Assembly: GCA_903832035.1 (NCBI GenBank)
Contig: CAILAD010000020.1
Location: forward strand, 1 to 37,183
From: an uncultured bacterium
GTDB lineage: Bacteria; Patescibacteriota; Saccharimonadia; CAILAD01; BJGX01
Direction: 5' to 3'
DNA length: 37,183 nucleotides
How positions within the stretch are numbered: the first letter of the stretch is position 1; each line of letters begins with the position of its first letter. The position numbers and the translations under genes were made by a program. Below the pieces are notes generated by a model, which searched no databases, had not been told where the DNA came from, and saw only the letters and a program-made list of their open reading frames with translations. Below are positions 26,316-36,260 of this stretch, one piece after another.

Positions 26316-27967
26316 TTCTTAACTGCTTTCTCGGTCACATAGAAGCCCAGATATCTACCAAACATCAGTCTAGTTTGAGCACTGATTGCCGCAAAGGCAC
26401 CAAAAACTATTGCAGTTATGGGTACCAGTACCCACTGGGCAAGCATAAAGAAAATCTTATACCACTTCTGGTGAGGTGGTCTTTTGGGCATCATTATAAA
26501 ACTAATCCATATTGTTGAAAAAAGGCCGATGGTGGCTAGAGTCAGAATATCTGAAGCCACTATCGGTAGTTGGTGGGCTACAGCATGCTTATTAAATGAC
26601 GAATTTAAGTATAGTGGCGCCCAGGCAGCAAAAGTCAAAATAAGCGGGGCTGTAGCCCAGCTGAGATGGCCTTCAAATAACCTTCCTATCTGCAGCAACT
26701 TATTACTCCAGGGAATATTATTATTTTTAACAGAATTTTTAACCAGATAAGGGAAGTCGCTGGCGCCATAGGCCCATCTCTGGAGCTGTTTGAATTGGGC
26801 TATATAAGTTCTGTGGTATTTACTAGTTAGTACCGCGTCTTGGTAAATCGGAATAAATAGTGGCTCAACCATGTAATCACCATCGAACGCAAAGTAACTC
26901 CTGTAAAACTGATGTCCATCTTCAACTGGACTTGTCAGTGACCAGAAGTCAGTCTCTACTAAAGCATCTAGGGGTTGGGCGTGAGAAGCGAAATTGCGTA
27001 ATCGGTACTGTCGAACACTTTCTACCATTACCCAGAAAGAGTTACCTGTAGCCAGTACTCGCATTGGTGCCGGAACATCCCATAGGTTGTTAAAAAACAG
27101 GGTAAGGGGCTGGAAGGAGCAATGTTTGCGGTTAGGATTGGTACAGTAGGCGTAAGTAAGTCTACTTAGGTACTGCTCGTGGACTCTATTATCGCAGTCC
27201 AGGGTTGTTACCACGACATTACTTTCTTTTATCTTATTTTCTCTAATAAATTCTAGTATTTTTCTACCAGCATACGTAATATTGGGGCCCTTACCTTTAA
27301 TTTCACCAGTAACGCCATCTGGGTGACAATAAGTTTTGTAAAAACCAAACTTATTACCAAATTCTTTTTCTAATGCAGCTGCAGTCTCATGAGCTAACTC
27401 ACCGCCCCGCTCCTCATAAGTTAAAACCATAATAATTTTATTAGTATCAAACTCTGAATCCAGTATTGCCTGGACTGAGGGTCTAACGATATCAATTGAT
27501 TCATTATATACAGGCATAATCATGCAGTGATAAACATCGCTGGTGTTTGTTAAGATGTTACGGTGCTTTGATAAAAGCTCTAATCGCTCTACATTCTTTC
27601 GTAAATTACGGATGTGTTCACCATGGGCACTGCGCTGCTTTGCTGAATTTAGTTGTTTTTCAGCATCCGCTAAAGCTTTTGGTAGGTCATTGATTTCATA
27701 CAGGCGGTCATTCCAGTCAATTCTTTCAGTTTCGCGAGTTTTCTTGTATCCAAGTACTAGCGCAAAGCTAGTCCTAATAGACTTAAGTAACCAATAGATA
27801 TCAAAGGCTATTATAAAATAAGCTACGGCCAGTGGCGCAAATAAGCTAAAAACAACTGGACCTAATATAAATAACCAAGCCGTTAGACCAGGTATTATTT
27901 CAAATATTCTATAAAACAGTCTACTGTCAGCAAACCTTATAGTCTTTTTTGTACTAGTTTGTGCCAT
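26312..27967 (-). CDS. Membrane-embedded family-2 glycosyltransferase, processive type
   Basis: MPVYNE, KG, LDCD, VED, QLQRW; TM helices at both ends. Confidence 0.88.
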   Translation of the reverse strand: MAQTSTKKTIRFADSRLFYRIFEIIPGLTAWLFILGPVVFSLFAPLAVAYFIIAFDIYWLLKSIRTSFALVLGYKKTRETERIDWNDRLYEINDLPKALADAEKQLNSAKQRSAHGEHIRNLRKNVERLELLSKHRNILTNTSDVYHCMIMPVYNESIDIVRPSVQAILDSEFDTNKIIMVLTYEERGGELAHETAAALEKEFGNKFGFYKTYCHPDGVTGEIKGKGPNITYAGRKILEFIRENKIKESNVVVTTLDCDNRVHEQYLSRLTYAYCTNPNRKHCSFQPLTLFFNNLWDVPAPMRVLATGNSFWVMVESVRQYRLRNFASHAQPLDALVETDFWSLTSPVEDGHQFYRSYFAFDGDYMVEPLFIPIYQDAVLTSKYHRTYIAQFKQLQRWAYGASDFPYLVKNSVKNNNIPWSNKLLQIGRLFEGHLSWATAPLILTFAAWAPLYLNSSFNKHAVAHQLPIVASDILTLATIGLFSTIWISFIMMPKRPPHQKWYKIFFMLAQWVLVPITAIVFGAFAAISAQTRLMFGRYLGFYVTEKAVKK

Positions 27968-28340
27968 ACTTTATCACCGTAAATCCTAATAGTATCGCAA
28001 TTGCTAAAATCACTACCATAATACTTGTTAGCAATAGAAATATACTTAAGATTCTATTTTTTGCATGCAACAAAACAGCAAGTAGTAGGTTTATTAAACT
28101 TACTACAATAGATATTTCAGCAATATCATATAGCCTAAACCATGAGCCTAGTTCATCGAAATTTGAAAGTGAAGTAAATCTCACCGGAAGATCTATAGAA
28201 GCTGCATGAATGTGGGTTAGGGACCAAAAAATAATAAATGCATTACCCACAGCCACGATAAATAATAGTCCCAAAAGCCAGCTGTCTTTAAAAAACTTCT
28301 GCCCTTTTAGCTCTTTATTAATTTTATCGATTACTTCCAT
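27954..28340 (-). CDS. Small membrane protein with 3 TM helices
   Basis: 128 aa with three hydrophobic segments; overlaps the GT2 start. Confidence 0.8.
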   Translation of the reverse strand: MEVIDKINKELKGQKFFKDSWLLGLLFIVAVGNAFIIFWSLTHIHAASIDLPVRFTSLSNFDELGSWFRLYDIAEISIVVSLINLLLAVLLHAKNRILSIFLLLTSIMVVILAIAILLGFTVIKYGTN

Positions 28341-28389
28341 AGAATAATTAGTTATATTATACGCTAGTTACATACTTCAAGTACACTTC

Positions 28390-28465
28390 TGGAGCCGATG
28401 AGCGGGATCGAACCGCTGACCTACGCTTTACGAAAGCGCCGCTCTACCAACTGAGCTACATCGGC
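28390..28465 (-). tRNA. tRNA-Thr (CGT)
   Basis: GCCGATG...TT-CGT-AA...TTCGATC...CATCGGC-T-CCA; discriminator U73. Confidence 0.97.
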
Positions 28466-28522
28466 AAATAAAAATGAGCCTATTGCAGCTCATATTTTAT
28501 CATATTTATACCTTATAAAGGC

Positions 28523-28768
28523 TTAGACTAAACGTTTCTTTAGTCTTCCAGAAAGCTTCTGCCAGGCCTCATACTCAGTTATCTTTCGCTCGTTTGGGCT
28601 CAAGAAGAAGCTACTTCCAAAACGACCCTTACCCTTTTGGCTAAGTGCACGTATATCAATAACATTTTCGCTACCTAAATAAGGCACCTGATGTTGTGCC
28701 TTGACCACCCTCACTTTAACCTTCCTTGGTCTAGTGACTTGATAATATGTAAGCATAGTTGTTGCCAT
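28523..28768 (-). CDS. Small basic hypothetical protein (81 aa)
   Basis: ATG preceded by AAGGA, upstream promoter at 28922-28950, downstream hairpin ATGAGC/GCTCAT. Confidence 0.65.
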   Translation of the reverse strand: MATTMLTYYQVTRPRKVKVRVVKAQHQVPYLGSENVIDIRALSQKGKGRFGSSFFLSPNERKITEYEAWQKLSGRLKKRLV

Positions 28769-28800
28769 TGTTTTTTCCTTTTTGTTTATATTTTTTGTTT

Positions 28801-28916
28801 TATCTTATTTTTTAAATAAAAAAGTATAAACACCCTCCAAAGCTCTTTAGAATTTGACATAAATGCCAAGTGTTTATATCTTTCTATAAAGGTTACTCCA
28901 CCTTATAAATAAGATA
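28801..28916 (-). other. Unidentified structured leader or small RNA
   Basis: Terminal 10-bp inverted repeat TATCTTATTT/AAATAAGATA. An inner 9-bp stem TATAAACAC/GTGTTTATA encloses two hairpins and is followed by a U6 tract. Confidence 0.5.
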
Positions 28917-28921
28917 GATAT

Positions 28922-28950
28922 ATTCTAGCAAAGAAAGCCCCTAAAGTCAA
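28922..28950 (-). promoter_or_regulatory. Sigma70-type promoter
   Basis: TTGACT-17 nt-TAGAAT with TGn. Confidence 0.7.
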
Positions 28951-29044
28951 TATTATTCTTGTGCTTTATTGGGTGTGCCAAATAGCTGAGTATTGAAAAT
29001 ATTAGCAAAACTTGGTACTATTGTCTGGTTACAACAAAAACTAT

Positions 29045-29120
29045 GGGCCCGTAGTGAAGTGGTTATCACGCCTCCCTGTCACGGAGGAGATCGCCGGTTC
29101 AAATCCGGTCGGGCCCGCCA
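29045..29120 (+). tRNA. tRNA-Asp (GTC)
   Basis: GGGCCCG...CT-GTC-AC...TTCAAAT...CGGGCCC-G-CCA. Confidence 0.97.
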
Positions 29121-29131
29121 GGAATAATATT

Positions 29132-29170
29132 TATTAAAAAAGACCTCCTATAAGGAGGCCTTTTTTAATA
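29132..29170. terminator. Bidirectional intrinsic terminator
   Basis: TATTAAAAAAGACCTCCT-ATA-AGGAGGCCTTTTTTAATA between tRNA-Asp and the convergent PPIase gene. Confidence 0.85.
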
Positions 29171-29185
29171 TTAATATACTGTGAG

Positions 29186-30247
29186 CTAAGGTCTGAAGTA
29201 CTGAACAATTTTAGCTGAATTTCTTTGATCTCTTAACCAGCTGTCAAAATCAGGTCCCTTTATAAGGATGTGTGAGGCTCTTACTTGGTCACCATTCTTG
29301 TCTGTAACCTTAATTATGTGGTATCCATACTGAGTCTTAACAACTCCACTGACTTGACCAACCTGGAGGGCGTAGGCAGCATTTTCAAATTCCGGAACTA
29401 GTTGGCCCTTACCGAAGAAGCCTAGGTCGCCTCCATTTGCCGCACTACCATCCGCACTGTACTGCTTAGCTAGGGTTGCAAAATCTGCACCTGCATTAAT
29501 TTGAGCTAATATATCTTGGGCTTGCTTGAGGGCTGGAGCATTTAGAGCGGGGTCGGCTAGCACCTTATCACTAAGTTTTTGTTGTACTAGCTGTTGCTTA
29601 ATTTTTGACTTAAAGTCTCCTGTTGACCAGCCATACAGTTTATCTAGGGTACGTTTTACCTGGTCTAGACCACCAGCGTCTTTTACTAGCTGATTAAATT
29701 TATCGTCAACTTCTTTTCCAGATACTTTTACTCCATACTTATTAGCTTGCTGGGCAATGATCTCGTTGTTTTCAAGTTGAACTACTAGGTCTTGTTTGAA
29801 TTGCTGAAACTGCTTTTTACCGTCAGCTGAAGTCGTATCTTGGCTCTGACTCTGGAAATACTTCTGAGCCGATGTAAGTTCGAATAAGTAATCATTGTAG
29901 CTAACTGTATTCCAAACAATATTACCGTTAACACTAGCTACTGGGTATGGAATTACCTTGCTGGCTATCTTGGCGGCCCTATTTGAGGCTTTGTACTTAT
30001 ATATAGCCACTCCAAAGACCGATACAGTTATTAAAAGTGCTACTAAAGCACCGATTCCAACATTACGGATAGTTTTTTTATTCTTATTGGGATCTACTCC
30101 AAGTTTTTGCAACTTATCCCTAAAAGAGGCTGTCTTCTTACTGAATGCAGCTTTAGTGCCTAGCTTCTTGGTCTTAGTGGTTTTTGTGGTCTTGCTGTCT
30201 ACTACTTTTGTCTTCTTTGTTGATTTAATATCCGGGTCTTTTGGCAT
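29186..30247 (-). CDS. PrsA/SurA-like parvulin peptidyl-prolyl isomerase, membrane anchored
   Basis: TM helix, SurA-N-like helical domain, [37 protein letters not shown]. Confidence 0.92.
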   Translation of the reverse strand: MPKDPDIKSTKKTKVVDSKTTKTTKTKKLGTKAAFSKKTASFRDKLQKLGVDPNKNKKTIRNVGIGALVALLITVSVFGVAIYKYKASNRAAKIASKVIPYPVASVNGNIVWNTVSYNDYLFELTSAQKYFQSQSQDTTSADGKKQFQQFKQDLVVQLENNEIIAQQANKYGVKVSGKEVDDKFNQLVKDAGGLDQVKRTLDKLYGWSTGDFKSKIKQQLVQQKLSDKVLADPALNAPALKQAQDILAQINAGADFATLAKQYSADGSAANGGDLGFFGKGQLVPEFENAAYALQVGQVSGVVKTQYGYHIIKVTDKNGDQVRASHILIKGPDFDSWLRDQRNSAKIVQYFRP

Positions 30248-30303
30248 TGGTATGAAACTCCATTAATCTTAAATATTATAATACAACACTAGCGGTGTCA
30301 TTT

Positions 30304-30834
30304 CTAGCTCGTTCGGTGAACAACCTCAATAATAGCTTGCTGAAGCTTGGCTGGTTTGCGAGCTTTTTTTAGCCGGATTGGCTTTCCGCCAGATAGGGTT
30401 TCTACAATTACATCACCATATCCGAGTATCGAGGCTTGGGCTCCTTTTATTTTATAATTAACACTTTGGATATTATCTAGGGATATTTCATTAACTTCGC
30501 GACCAAAGAATCCCTCCTGATTAACGACCATTACTCTTGTAGATGAAATAACGTAAACACTATAATACCACCCCACCCAAGTACGAAACCAATAAAAAGT
30601 CAGGATCAAAATGCCGCCAAGTAAAAACCAGTTAGCGTAATTAATCCAGCTATAACTATTGGCCGTGGCAAACGCCCAGGGTAAAAGTGCGACTAGGATT
30701 ATAAGCATTCCGTACACTAGCTGCTTTCTCATAACTACGGGGTGTTTATGCTCGACAAGTATTATTACTTCTCCCTCTTTCTGGTCTTTCAGGGGTCTTT
30801 CTCGCGATTTTTTTTGTTTGGTTAGCTTAGACAT
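30304..30834 (-). CDS. Bacterial PH-domain membrane protein
   Basis: Two TM helices, then YVISSTRV...GFF.R...I.L.NIQSV...G..ILGYGDV.VET. Confidence 0.85.
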   Translation of the reverse strand: MSKLTKQKKSRERPLKDQKEGEVIILVEHKHPVVMRKQLVYGMLIILVALLPWAFATANSYSWINYANWFLLGGILILTFYWFRTWVGWYYSVYVISSTRVMVVNQEGFFGREVNEISLDNIQSVNYKIKGAQASILGYGDVIVETLSGGKPIRLKKARKPAKLQQAIIEVVHRTS

Positions 30835-30874
30835 AACTATATTCTACACTTTTAATAACACCTTTTCTACAAAT

Positions 30875-30911
30875 AAAAAAATCGTCATTACTTTAAAAAA
30901 ATAATGACGAT
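30875..30911 (-). terminator. Intrinsic terminator
   Basis: ATCGTCATTA/TAATGACGAT 10-bp stem, with a T tract on the minus strand. Confidence 0.75.
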
Positions 30912-30920
30912 AGTGTGATT

Positions 30921-31304
30921 TCAAGAAATCACTTTGATTACTTTCCGGCTCGATCCAGAACCCTGCCACTTGTGATAATCCTTGGTGGAATCATAGTTAA
31001 CAATCTGGGCAGAGATAAGATCGGCATTGTAGTGCCAGCCCTGCTGCACGTAGAGTCGCTTGGTCAAACCTTTAGCGTCTTTTTCGGATGCTGCCTTGCA
31101 AATGAACCTATACACTCTTACGGTTGAGCTGTCGCTGACTTCATAAAAGTTCATCTCGCGGGAAGCCTTCTTTTTGACTGCGCTTTTAGCGGGGATAGAA
31201 CTAGTAGGGTGTCGGCTTTGCGACCCCAATATTTCATCACAGTTCGGACAAGGTATGTCAGATACTCCAGACAACTCGAAATACTCGCAATTTCCACAGA
31301 GCAT
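30921..31304 (-). CDS. Orphan protein with N-terminal Zn ribbon (CGNC...CPNC)
   Basis: ATG 31304 follows AGGAG; the track's start at 31334 has no SD. Own promoter and terminator. Confidence 0.7.
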   Translation of the reverse strand: MLCGNCEYFELSGVSDIPCPNCDEILGSQSRHPTSSIPAKSAVKKKASREMNFYEVSDSSTVRVYRFICKAASEKDAKGLTKRLYVQQGWHYNADLISAQIVNYDSTKDYHKWQGSGSSRKVIKVIS

Positions 31305-31351
31305 TTTTCTCCTAAGGTTCGAGTCTGCATCCATTACAGACTATCTAAGAT

Positions 31352-31380
31352 AGTATACAATTTTATAACACTGTTGTCAA
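31352..31380 (-). promoter_or_regulatory. Near-consensus sigma70 promoter
   Basis: TTGACA-17 nt-TATACT, overlapped by the palindrome ACTATCT-A-AGATAGT (31340-31354). Confidence 0.75.
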
Positions 31381-31410
31381 TTATATACAACCGTGTATAA
31401 TATAGTGATT

Positions 31411-31486
31411 GCCCTGGTAGCTCAGTGGATAGAGCGTCTCCGTCCTAAGGAGAGCGTCGGGGGTTCGATTCCCTCCCAGGGTACCA
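31411..31486 (+). tRNA. tRNA-Arg (CCT)
   Basis: GCCCTGG...GT-CCT-AA...TTCGATT...CCAGGGT-A-CCA. Confidence 0.95.
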
Positions 31487-31494
31487 GTAATAAT

Positions 31495-31528
31495 AAAAAA
31501 TCCTCAAGACCCTCTAGAGGATTTTTTT
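31495..31528 (+). terminator. Intrinsic terminator of tRNA-Arg
   Basis: AAAAAATCCTC...GAGGATTTTTTT. Confidence 0.8.
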
Positions 31529-31593
31529 TATAACCATTCTTCTAATTCAGATCTCTGGGTATAGAATCTAGTTGGGCCAGAGTATTCAATGAT

Positions 31594-31622
31594 TTGCAAT
31601 GTAAATAAGTTTTATGTATATT
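31594..31622 (+). promoter_or_regulatory. Sigma70-type promoter
   Basis: TTGCAA-17 nt-TATATT. Confidence 0.55.
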
Positions 31623-31671
31623 AGTTTCACTGAAGTAGAGTTCCTACCAGACCACAGGGGGTCAATGGAAA

Positions 31672-31860
31672 TTGTCAGTCGTACATAGTCCACAAAAAGT
31701 TCATTACTCACGAAAAATTAAGTCGAGGCGCAAGCATCGAGAGCATATCGCTAGAAGCAGGTGGAGCAACAGTACCTTTCGGCGAATCGTTTGCTACCGG
31801 GAACCGGACTTTGAGATCCTTCCGTCTGGGGATGTAATAAATTACTCGATTATCTTCTGA
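31672..31860 (+). CDS. Small basic hypothetical protein (62 aa, start uncertain)
   Basis: ORF sits between a promoter, an AGGGGG SD-like motif and a terminator; R/K/H-rich. Confidence 0.45.
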   Translation: MSVVHSPQKVHYSRKIKSRRKHREHIARSRWSNSTFRRIVCYREPDFEILPSGDVINYSIIF

Positions 31861-31900
31861 GAACTTTTTTAGGACGAAAGACAAATCTAAATCAATTTAC

Positions 31901-31928
31901 GCCGCTAAATAATTAGCGGCCTTTTTTT
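31901..31928 (+). terminator. Intrinsic terminator
   Basis: GCCGCTAA-ATAA-TTAGCGGC followed by C and a T tract on the + strand. Confidence 0.8.
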
Positions 31929-31931
31929 ACA

Positions 31932-32387
31932 CTAGTTTCCGTAAATATGCTTACTATCTGTCTTTTCATACTCGAAAAGCTCATCAGAATTGAAAAATCT
32001 AGCTATTTCAGATGCACCGTTCTCTACACTATCTGAAGCATGGACAATATTGTTTGCACCAGACAAGCCAAAGTCACCGCGGATAGTACCAGCTGGAGCC
32101 TCCTGACCTTTCGTGGGGCCTACAAGAGTTCTGATCGCCAACACACTACCCTGACCTCCAACTAAAGCTAACACCACGACAGGGGAGCTCTTCATAAAGT
32201 CTTTTATCTCACCAAAAAAGGGCTTATCGGCTAAGTGGTAATAATGCTCTTCGAGTACGGCATCATCCAGACTTACCATCTTCACACCGATTAATTTAAG
32301 GCCTTTTTTTTCAAACCTAGATATTATTTCTCCAACTAGACCCCTTTGCAAGCTATCTGGCTTAATTAGTATAAGTGACTTCTCCAT
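31932..32387 (-). CDS. ndk: Nucleoside diphosphate kinase
   Basis: IKPD..QRGLVGEII.RFE.KG, GTIRGDFG, NIVHASDS. Confidence 0.97.
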   Translation of the reverse strand: MEKSLILIKPDSLQRGLVGEIISRFEKKGLKLIGVKMVSLDDAVLEEHYYHLADKPFFGEIKDFMKSSPVVVLALVGGQGSVLAIRTLVGPTKGQEAPAGTIRGDFGLSGANNIVHASDSVENGASEIARFFNSDELFEYEKTDSKHIYGN

Positions 32388-33664
32388 TATTTTTCCTCCA
32401 TTATTTTTTCAAATTGATGTATTCGATCTTCGCCGTAAGGGCCAATCATAGCTAGCCGTACTAAATCTTTATTCAAGTACTTCTTAGCACAAGCCAGAAT
32501 ATCATCAGAATTAACTTTATCAACTTTGGCCAAAATTTCTTGGAGAGTCCAGGCTCGGCCGGAGAGAATCATTTCCGTACCTTGCATATCCGCCACTGAC
32601 GCATTACCTTCTAGCCCCATAATGTAGCGGCCCCTGACCTGCTCTTTGGCCTTATTCAATTCTTTGTCAGACACAGGGAGTTGTTGTATTTTAAGCAACT
32701 CATCGTGAATGGCGCGGATCGCATCATAGACTTTATCATTATTTACTCCAGCGTAAATCTCATATTTACCGCTATCTACAAAGCTAGTAAAACTCATATA
32801 CACAGTATAGGCTAGGCCTTTATTTTCTCGAACATTTAAGAAGAGTCTAGAGCTCATACCGGAACCTAATATAGTAGATAGGACTTTCATGGCAGCTTCG
32901 TCACTCGCATCAATTTGTGGTGCTCTACCAACCATTAGCATATGTGTTTGGTTGGTATCGCTGTTTAAGACACTAACTCTACTAGGGGATATGTCGCCCT
33001 GTACTGGATGCCATATACGTTGAACTTTAGATTGTACATTCGACAACAGTTCAGTAGCCATATCTACTACTTTTTTGTGACTAACATTACCCGCTACTGA
33101 CAAAACCATATTGTCCATGGTGTATAACTGGTTAAAGTAGTTAACAATAGTCTCTCTACTCATTGTACTAATAATGTGCTCGTTACCAATTACGTTTGTG
33201 CGCAATGTATCATTTGGCCAAAGTAGGTCTCCGACTAAATCGTAGACGTAGCGGGCTGGGTCATCTTTATAAACTTTCATTTCTTCTAGTATCACATTCC
33301 GCTCTCTGTCTATCTCTTTTTGCTCAAATAGTGGATCGGTCACAATATCGGCTAGTATGTTTAAGGCTAGCCCGAAATAGTTCTTGGGTAGTTTAATGTG
33401 GTAGCTAGTGTGGTCTTCGGCTGTATAGGCGTTCATATACCCACCCACAGAGTCTATTTCTTCAGATATGATCTTGGCTGAAGGTCTCTTATGGGTTCCT
33501 TTAAACAGCAGGTGTTCAAGAAAATGAGCTGCACCGTACTCAGTATTCATATCTTCATACCTACCACCGGCACCGACAAATATATTAACAGTAACGCTCT
33601 CAGTTTCGGCCATATGTCTAGTAATAATCTTTAAGCCATTGGGTAATTGGGTTATTTCGTGCAT
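32387..33664 (-). CDS. M16 (pitrilysin-like) zinc protease
   Basis: Inverted zincin AHFLEHLLFKGT, NAYT, ERNVILEE, GMSSRLF..VRE.KGLAY. Confidence 0.95.
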   Translation of the reverse strand: MHEITQLPNGLKIITRHMAETESVTVNIFVGAGGRYEDMNTEYGAAHFLEHLLFKGTHKRPSAKIISEEIDSVGGYMNAYTAEDHTSYHIKLPKNYFGLALNILADIVTDPLFEQKEIDRERNVILEEMKVYKDDPARYVYDLVGDLLWPNDTLRTNVIGNEHIISTMSRETIVNYFNQLYTMDNMVLSVAGNVSHKKVVDMATELLSNVQSKVQRIWHPVQGDISPSRVSVLNSDTNQTHMLMVGRAPQIDASDEAAMKVLSTILGSGMSSRLFLNVRENKGLAYTVYMSFTSFVDSGKYEIYAGVNNDKVYDAIRAIHDELLKIQQLPVSDKELNKAKEQVRGRYIMGLEGNASVADMQGTEMILSGRAWTLQEILAKVDKVNSDDILACAKKYLNKDLVRLAMIGPYGEDRIHQFEKIMEEK

Positions 33665-33668
33665 ATTT

Positions 33669-34277
33669 TTAGGTAATTTTCCTTTTCTTTTTTAGTATGT
33701 AGCGCATAACTAGGACTATAACTAGAGCTATGACTAGGTAGTCTACATAATGTAGGTAACTATAGAACTTTTTCCAGCTATCTCCAAGTACATAACCAAT
33801 ATAGGTAAATAACACCGTCCATATTAGTGACCCTATAAAGCTATCTCGGACAAACAACCAGCGGTTCATTTTAAATGTTCCTGCAACAAACCCGGCGAAA
33901 GTCCTTACAACTGGAGTGAACCTGGAAAGTAGTATCGCCCCCTCGCCTCTTTTAGCAAACCAAGCTTCAGCTTTATCGTAATCATGGGAGCTAATAAGCA
34001 GGTACTTTCCATATTTTTTTACGAGTGGCGTGCCGCCATACTCACCTATGAGATAAGCTAGGTAGGTACCAACAGTCTGAGCTAATGTCCCGATTATAAT
34101 CACAATAAAAATATTGAACTCGCCTGAACGGGAAAGATTACCAGCCAGGGCTAATGTGGCCTCAGATGGTATTGGTATTCCGGCATTGTCTACAATCAGA
34201 ATTAAGATTAACCCCAAGTAGCCAATTTTATCTATTAAGTTTAGGGCGTATTCGAGTAATGCTGCGGTAATTCCCAA
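33669..34277 (-). CDS. DedA family membrane protein
   Basis: IPIPSE, YLIG.YGG, SRFTPVVRTF; TTG start after AAGGA. Confidence 0.92.
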   Translation of the reverse strand: MGITAALLEYALNLIDKIGYLGLILILIVDNAGIPIPSEATLALAGNLSRSGEFNIFIVIIIGTLAQTVGTYLAYLIGEYGGTPLVKKYGKYLLISSHDYDKAEAWFAKRGEGAILLSRFTPVVRTFAGFVAGTFKMNRWLFVRDSFIGSLIWTVLFTYIGYVLGDSWKKFYSYLHYVDYLVIALVIVLVMRYILKKKRKIT

Positions 34278-34322
34278 GTTTATTCCTTATAAATTAATAA
34301 ATATTATATATATTGTACTGGT

Positions 34323-36176
34323 TTAGCGACCACTTCGCAAAGCCTGGGCATGAATAAGAATTAGGCTTAAGTCAGCTGGGGTAATGCCTTGCACCAGAGA
34401 AGCCTGAGCCAGTGACTGAGGTTTTATTTCGGCAAGTCTCATCTTAGCCTCGTTGCGTAACCCGGTTATATTTTGGTAATCTATCTGATCTGGCAATTTA
34501 TGATGTTGTTTATCTTTAAGCTTTCTGGCATCCCTAGCCTGACGCTCAAAATAGCCTGAATACTTAGCTAGTATCTCGACATTATATTCGACTTCTTTAT
34601 TTAAAGACACGCCAAAGACTTCATTAAGACCTTGGGAATTATTATCTGGGCGCTTAATCCAGTCTGAGGCGGCAATCGTATCTTCACCCACTCTGGCTTT
34701 GGTGCTGCTTAGTAGCTTAAGCTGAGAATCAATAAGGGCTATTTTACGATTCACTCTATCTAGCGCCTCTTTACTCTGTAATCCAATATCATAACCGCGC
34801 TTGGTCAGACGAGTGTCAGCATTATCATTTCTAAGTAGCAGTCGGTACTCGGCTCGGCTAGTAAACATTCGGTAGGGTTCAACATGTGTCTTAGTTACTA
34901 AGTCCTCAATTAACACACCGATATAGGCTTCGGTGCGATCTACTATAAAAGGCTGGCTGCCTTTAGAGTTTAAAGCAGCATTAATACCCGAAATCAGGCC
35001 TTGAGCAGCGGCTTCTTCATAGCCAGTCGTGCCATTCATCTGACCGGCCATATATAGACCCTTTACTAGTTTAGTTTCGAGGGTAGTCTTGAGTTGGTGC
35101 GGCAAAAAGTAATCATAACGAACCGCATAGCCATACTCCATAAACTCAACATTCTCCAAACCAGGTATGGTTTTGAATATTTTTTCTTGAAGTTCAGGAG
35201 AGAAGGCCGTGCTACAGCCCTGTAAGTACATTCTTTCTCCGTCCAGGCCGTCGACCCTACCAACTGGTTCAATAAATATTGGGTGACGGTTTTTTTCAGG
35301 AAAGTTTTTTACTTTCAAGTCTAGACTGGGGCAGCTTCTGGGACCAGTTTCTGTTATTAGACCAGATATATTACCAGATTCATTATAGTTTTCTAGAATT
35401 AATTTATGAGTTTCTTCAGTAGTATAAGTTAGCCAACAGAGCTCTTGGTCTTGGATTGGAATAAGTTCTCTATCCGGATGCGAAAAGCTTATCTTGCCGG
35501 CCGTACCTGGTGCCACTTCAAGCTTATCGTAGTTGATACTACTCCTTCTTACTCTTGGCGGAGTTCCAGTCTTGAGCCGACCCCTTTTTAAGCCCAATTT
35601 TGTTAGTGACTCAGACAAACCATGACTAGCTTTTTCATCAATTCTACCGCCCTTTTTTACAACCTCTGATCCAATTACTATTTCTCCATTTAGAAATGTT
35701 CCGGAACAAACAATTGCTGATTTGGTATTAATTAAGCCATGCTGTTTAGTTTCAACTGCAGTAATACTATCTTCTCGAGACTGCACGCCAATAGCTTCGT
35801 CTTCTAGAAAATCTAAATTAAGGGTATTTTTTAACTCAGCGATCATAGCCTTGTTGTATAAGTCTCTATCGAGCTGAGCCCGGTAAGTCCGTACAGCAGG
35901 GCCCTTACTGGTATTTAATAGCTTCATCTGGATAGCTGAGGCGTCAGCAACTCTAGCCATAGTACCACCAAGTGCATCGATTTCACGCACCAAGTGGCCC
36001 TTTCCAGGACCACCCACTGATGGGTTACATGGTAAAGCCGCTACCTTTTCAAGATTAGCCGTAATAAGTAGTGTTTTGGCGCCAATTTTTGCGCTCGCAA
36101 TCGCTGCTTCGCAACCGGCATGACCTGCCCCAATAACTACAACATCATATTTATTTAGTAATTTTTTTGTCTGCAT
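34323..36176 (-). CDS. mnmG: tRNA uridine-5-carboxymethylaminomethyl(34) synthesis enzyme MnmG/GidA
   Basis: [59 protein letters not shown]. Confidence 0.96.
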   Translation of the reverse strand: MQTKKLLNKYDVVVIGAGHAGCEAAIASAKIGAKTLLITANLEKVAALPCNPSVGGPGKGHLVREIDALGGTMARVADASAIQMKLLNTSKGPAVRTYRAQLDRDLYNKAMIAELKNTLNLDFLEDEAIGVQSREDSITAVETKQHGLINTKSAIVCSGTFLNGEIVIGSEVVKKGGRIDEKASHGLSESLTKLGLKRGRLKTGTPPRVRRSSINYDKLEVAPGTAGKISFSHPDRELIPIQDQELCWLTYTTEETHKLILENYNESGNISGLITETGPRSCPSLDLKVKNFPEKNRHPIFIEPVGRVDGLDGERMYLQGCSTAFSPELQEKIFKTIPGLENVEFMEYGYAVRYDYFLPHQLKTTLETKLVKGLYMAGQMNGTTGYEEAAAQGLISGINAALNSKGSQPFIVDRTEAYIGVLIEDLVTKTHVEPYRMFTSRAEYRLLLRNDNADTRLTKRGYDIGLQSKEALDRVNRKIALIDSQLKLLSSTKARVGEDTIAASDWIKRPDNNSQGLNEVFGVSLNKEVEYNVEILAKYSGYFERQARDARKLKDKQHHKLPDQIDYQNITGLRNEAKMRLAEIKPQSLAQASLVQGITPADLSLILIHAQALRSGR

Positions 36177-36260
36177 TTCTCGGGTAATTATACCCTGAAA
36201 TGCTTATTTTTTCAATTACCTAATTTGCAGATTGTGCGACACCCTAGCTATAATACTGTT

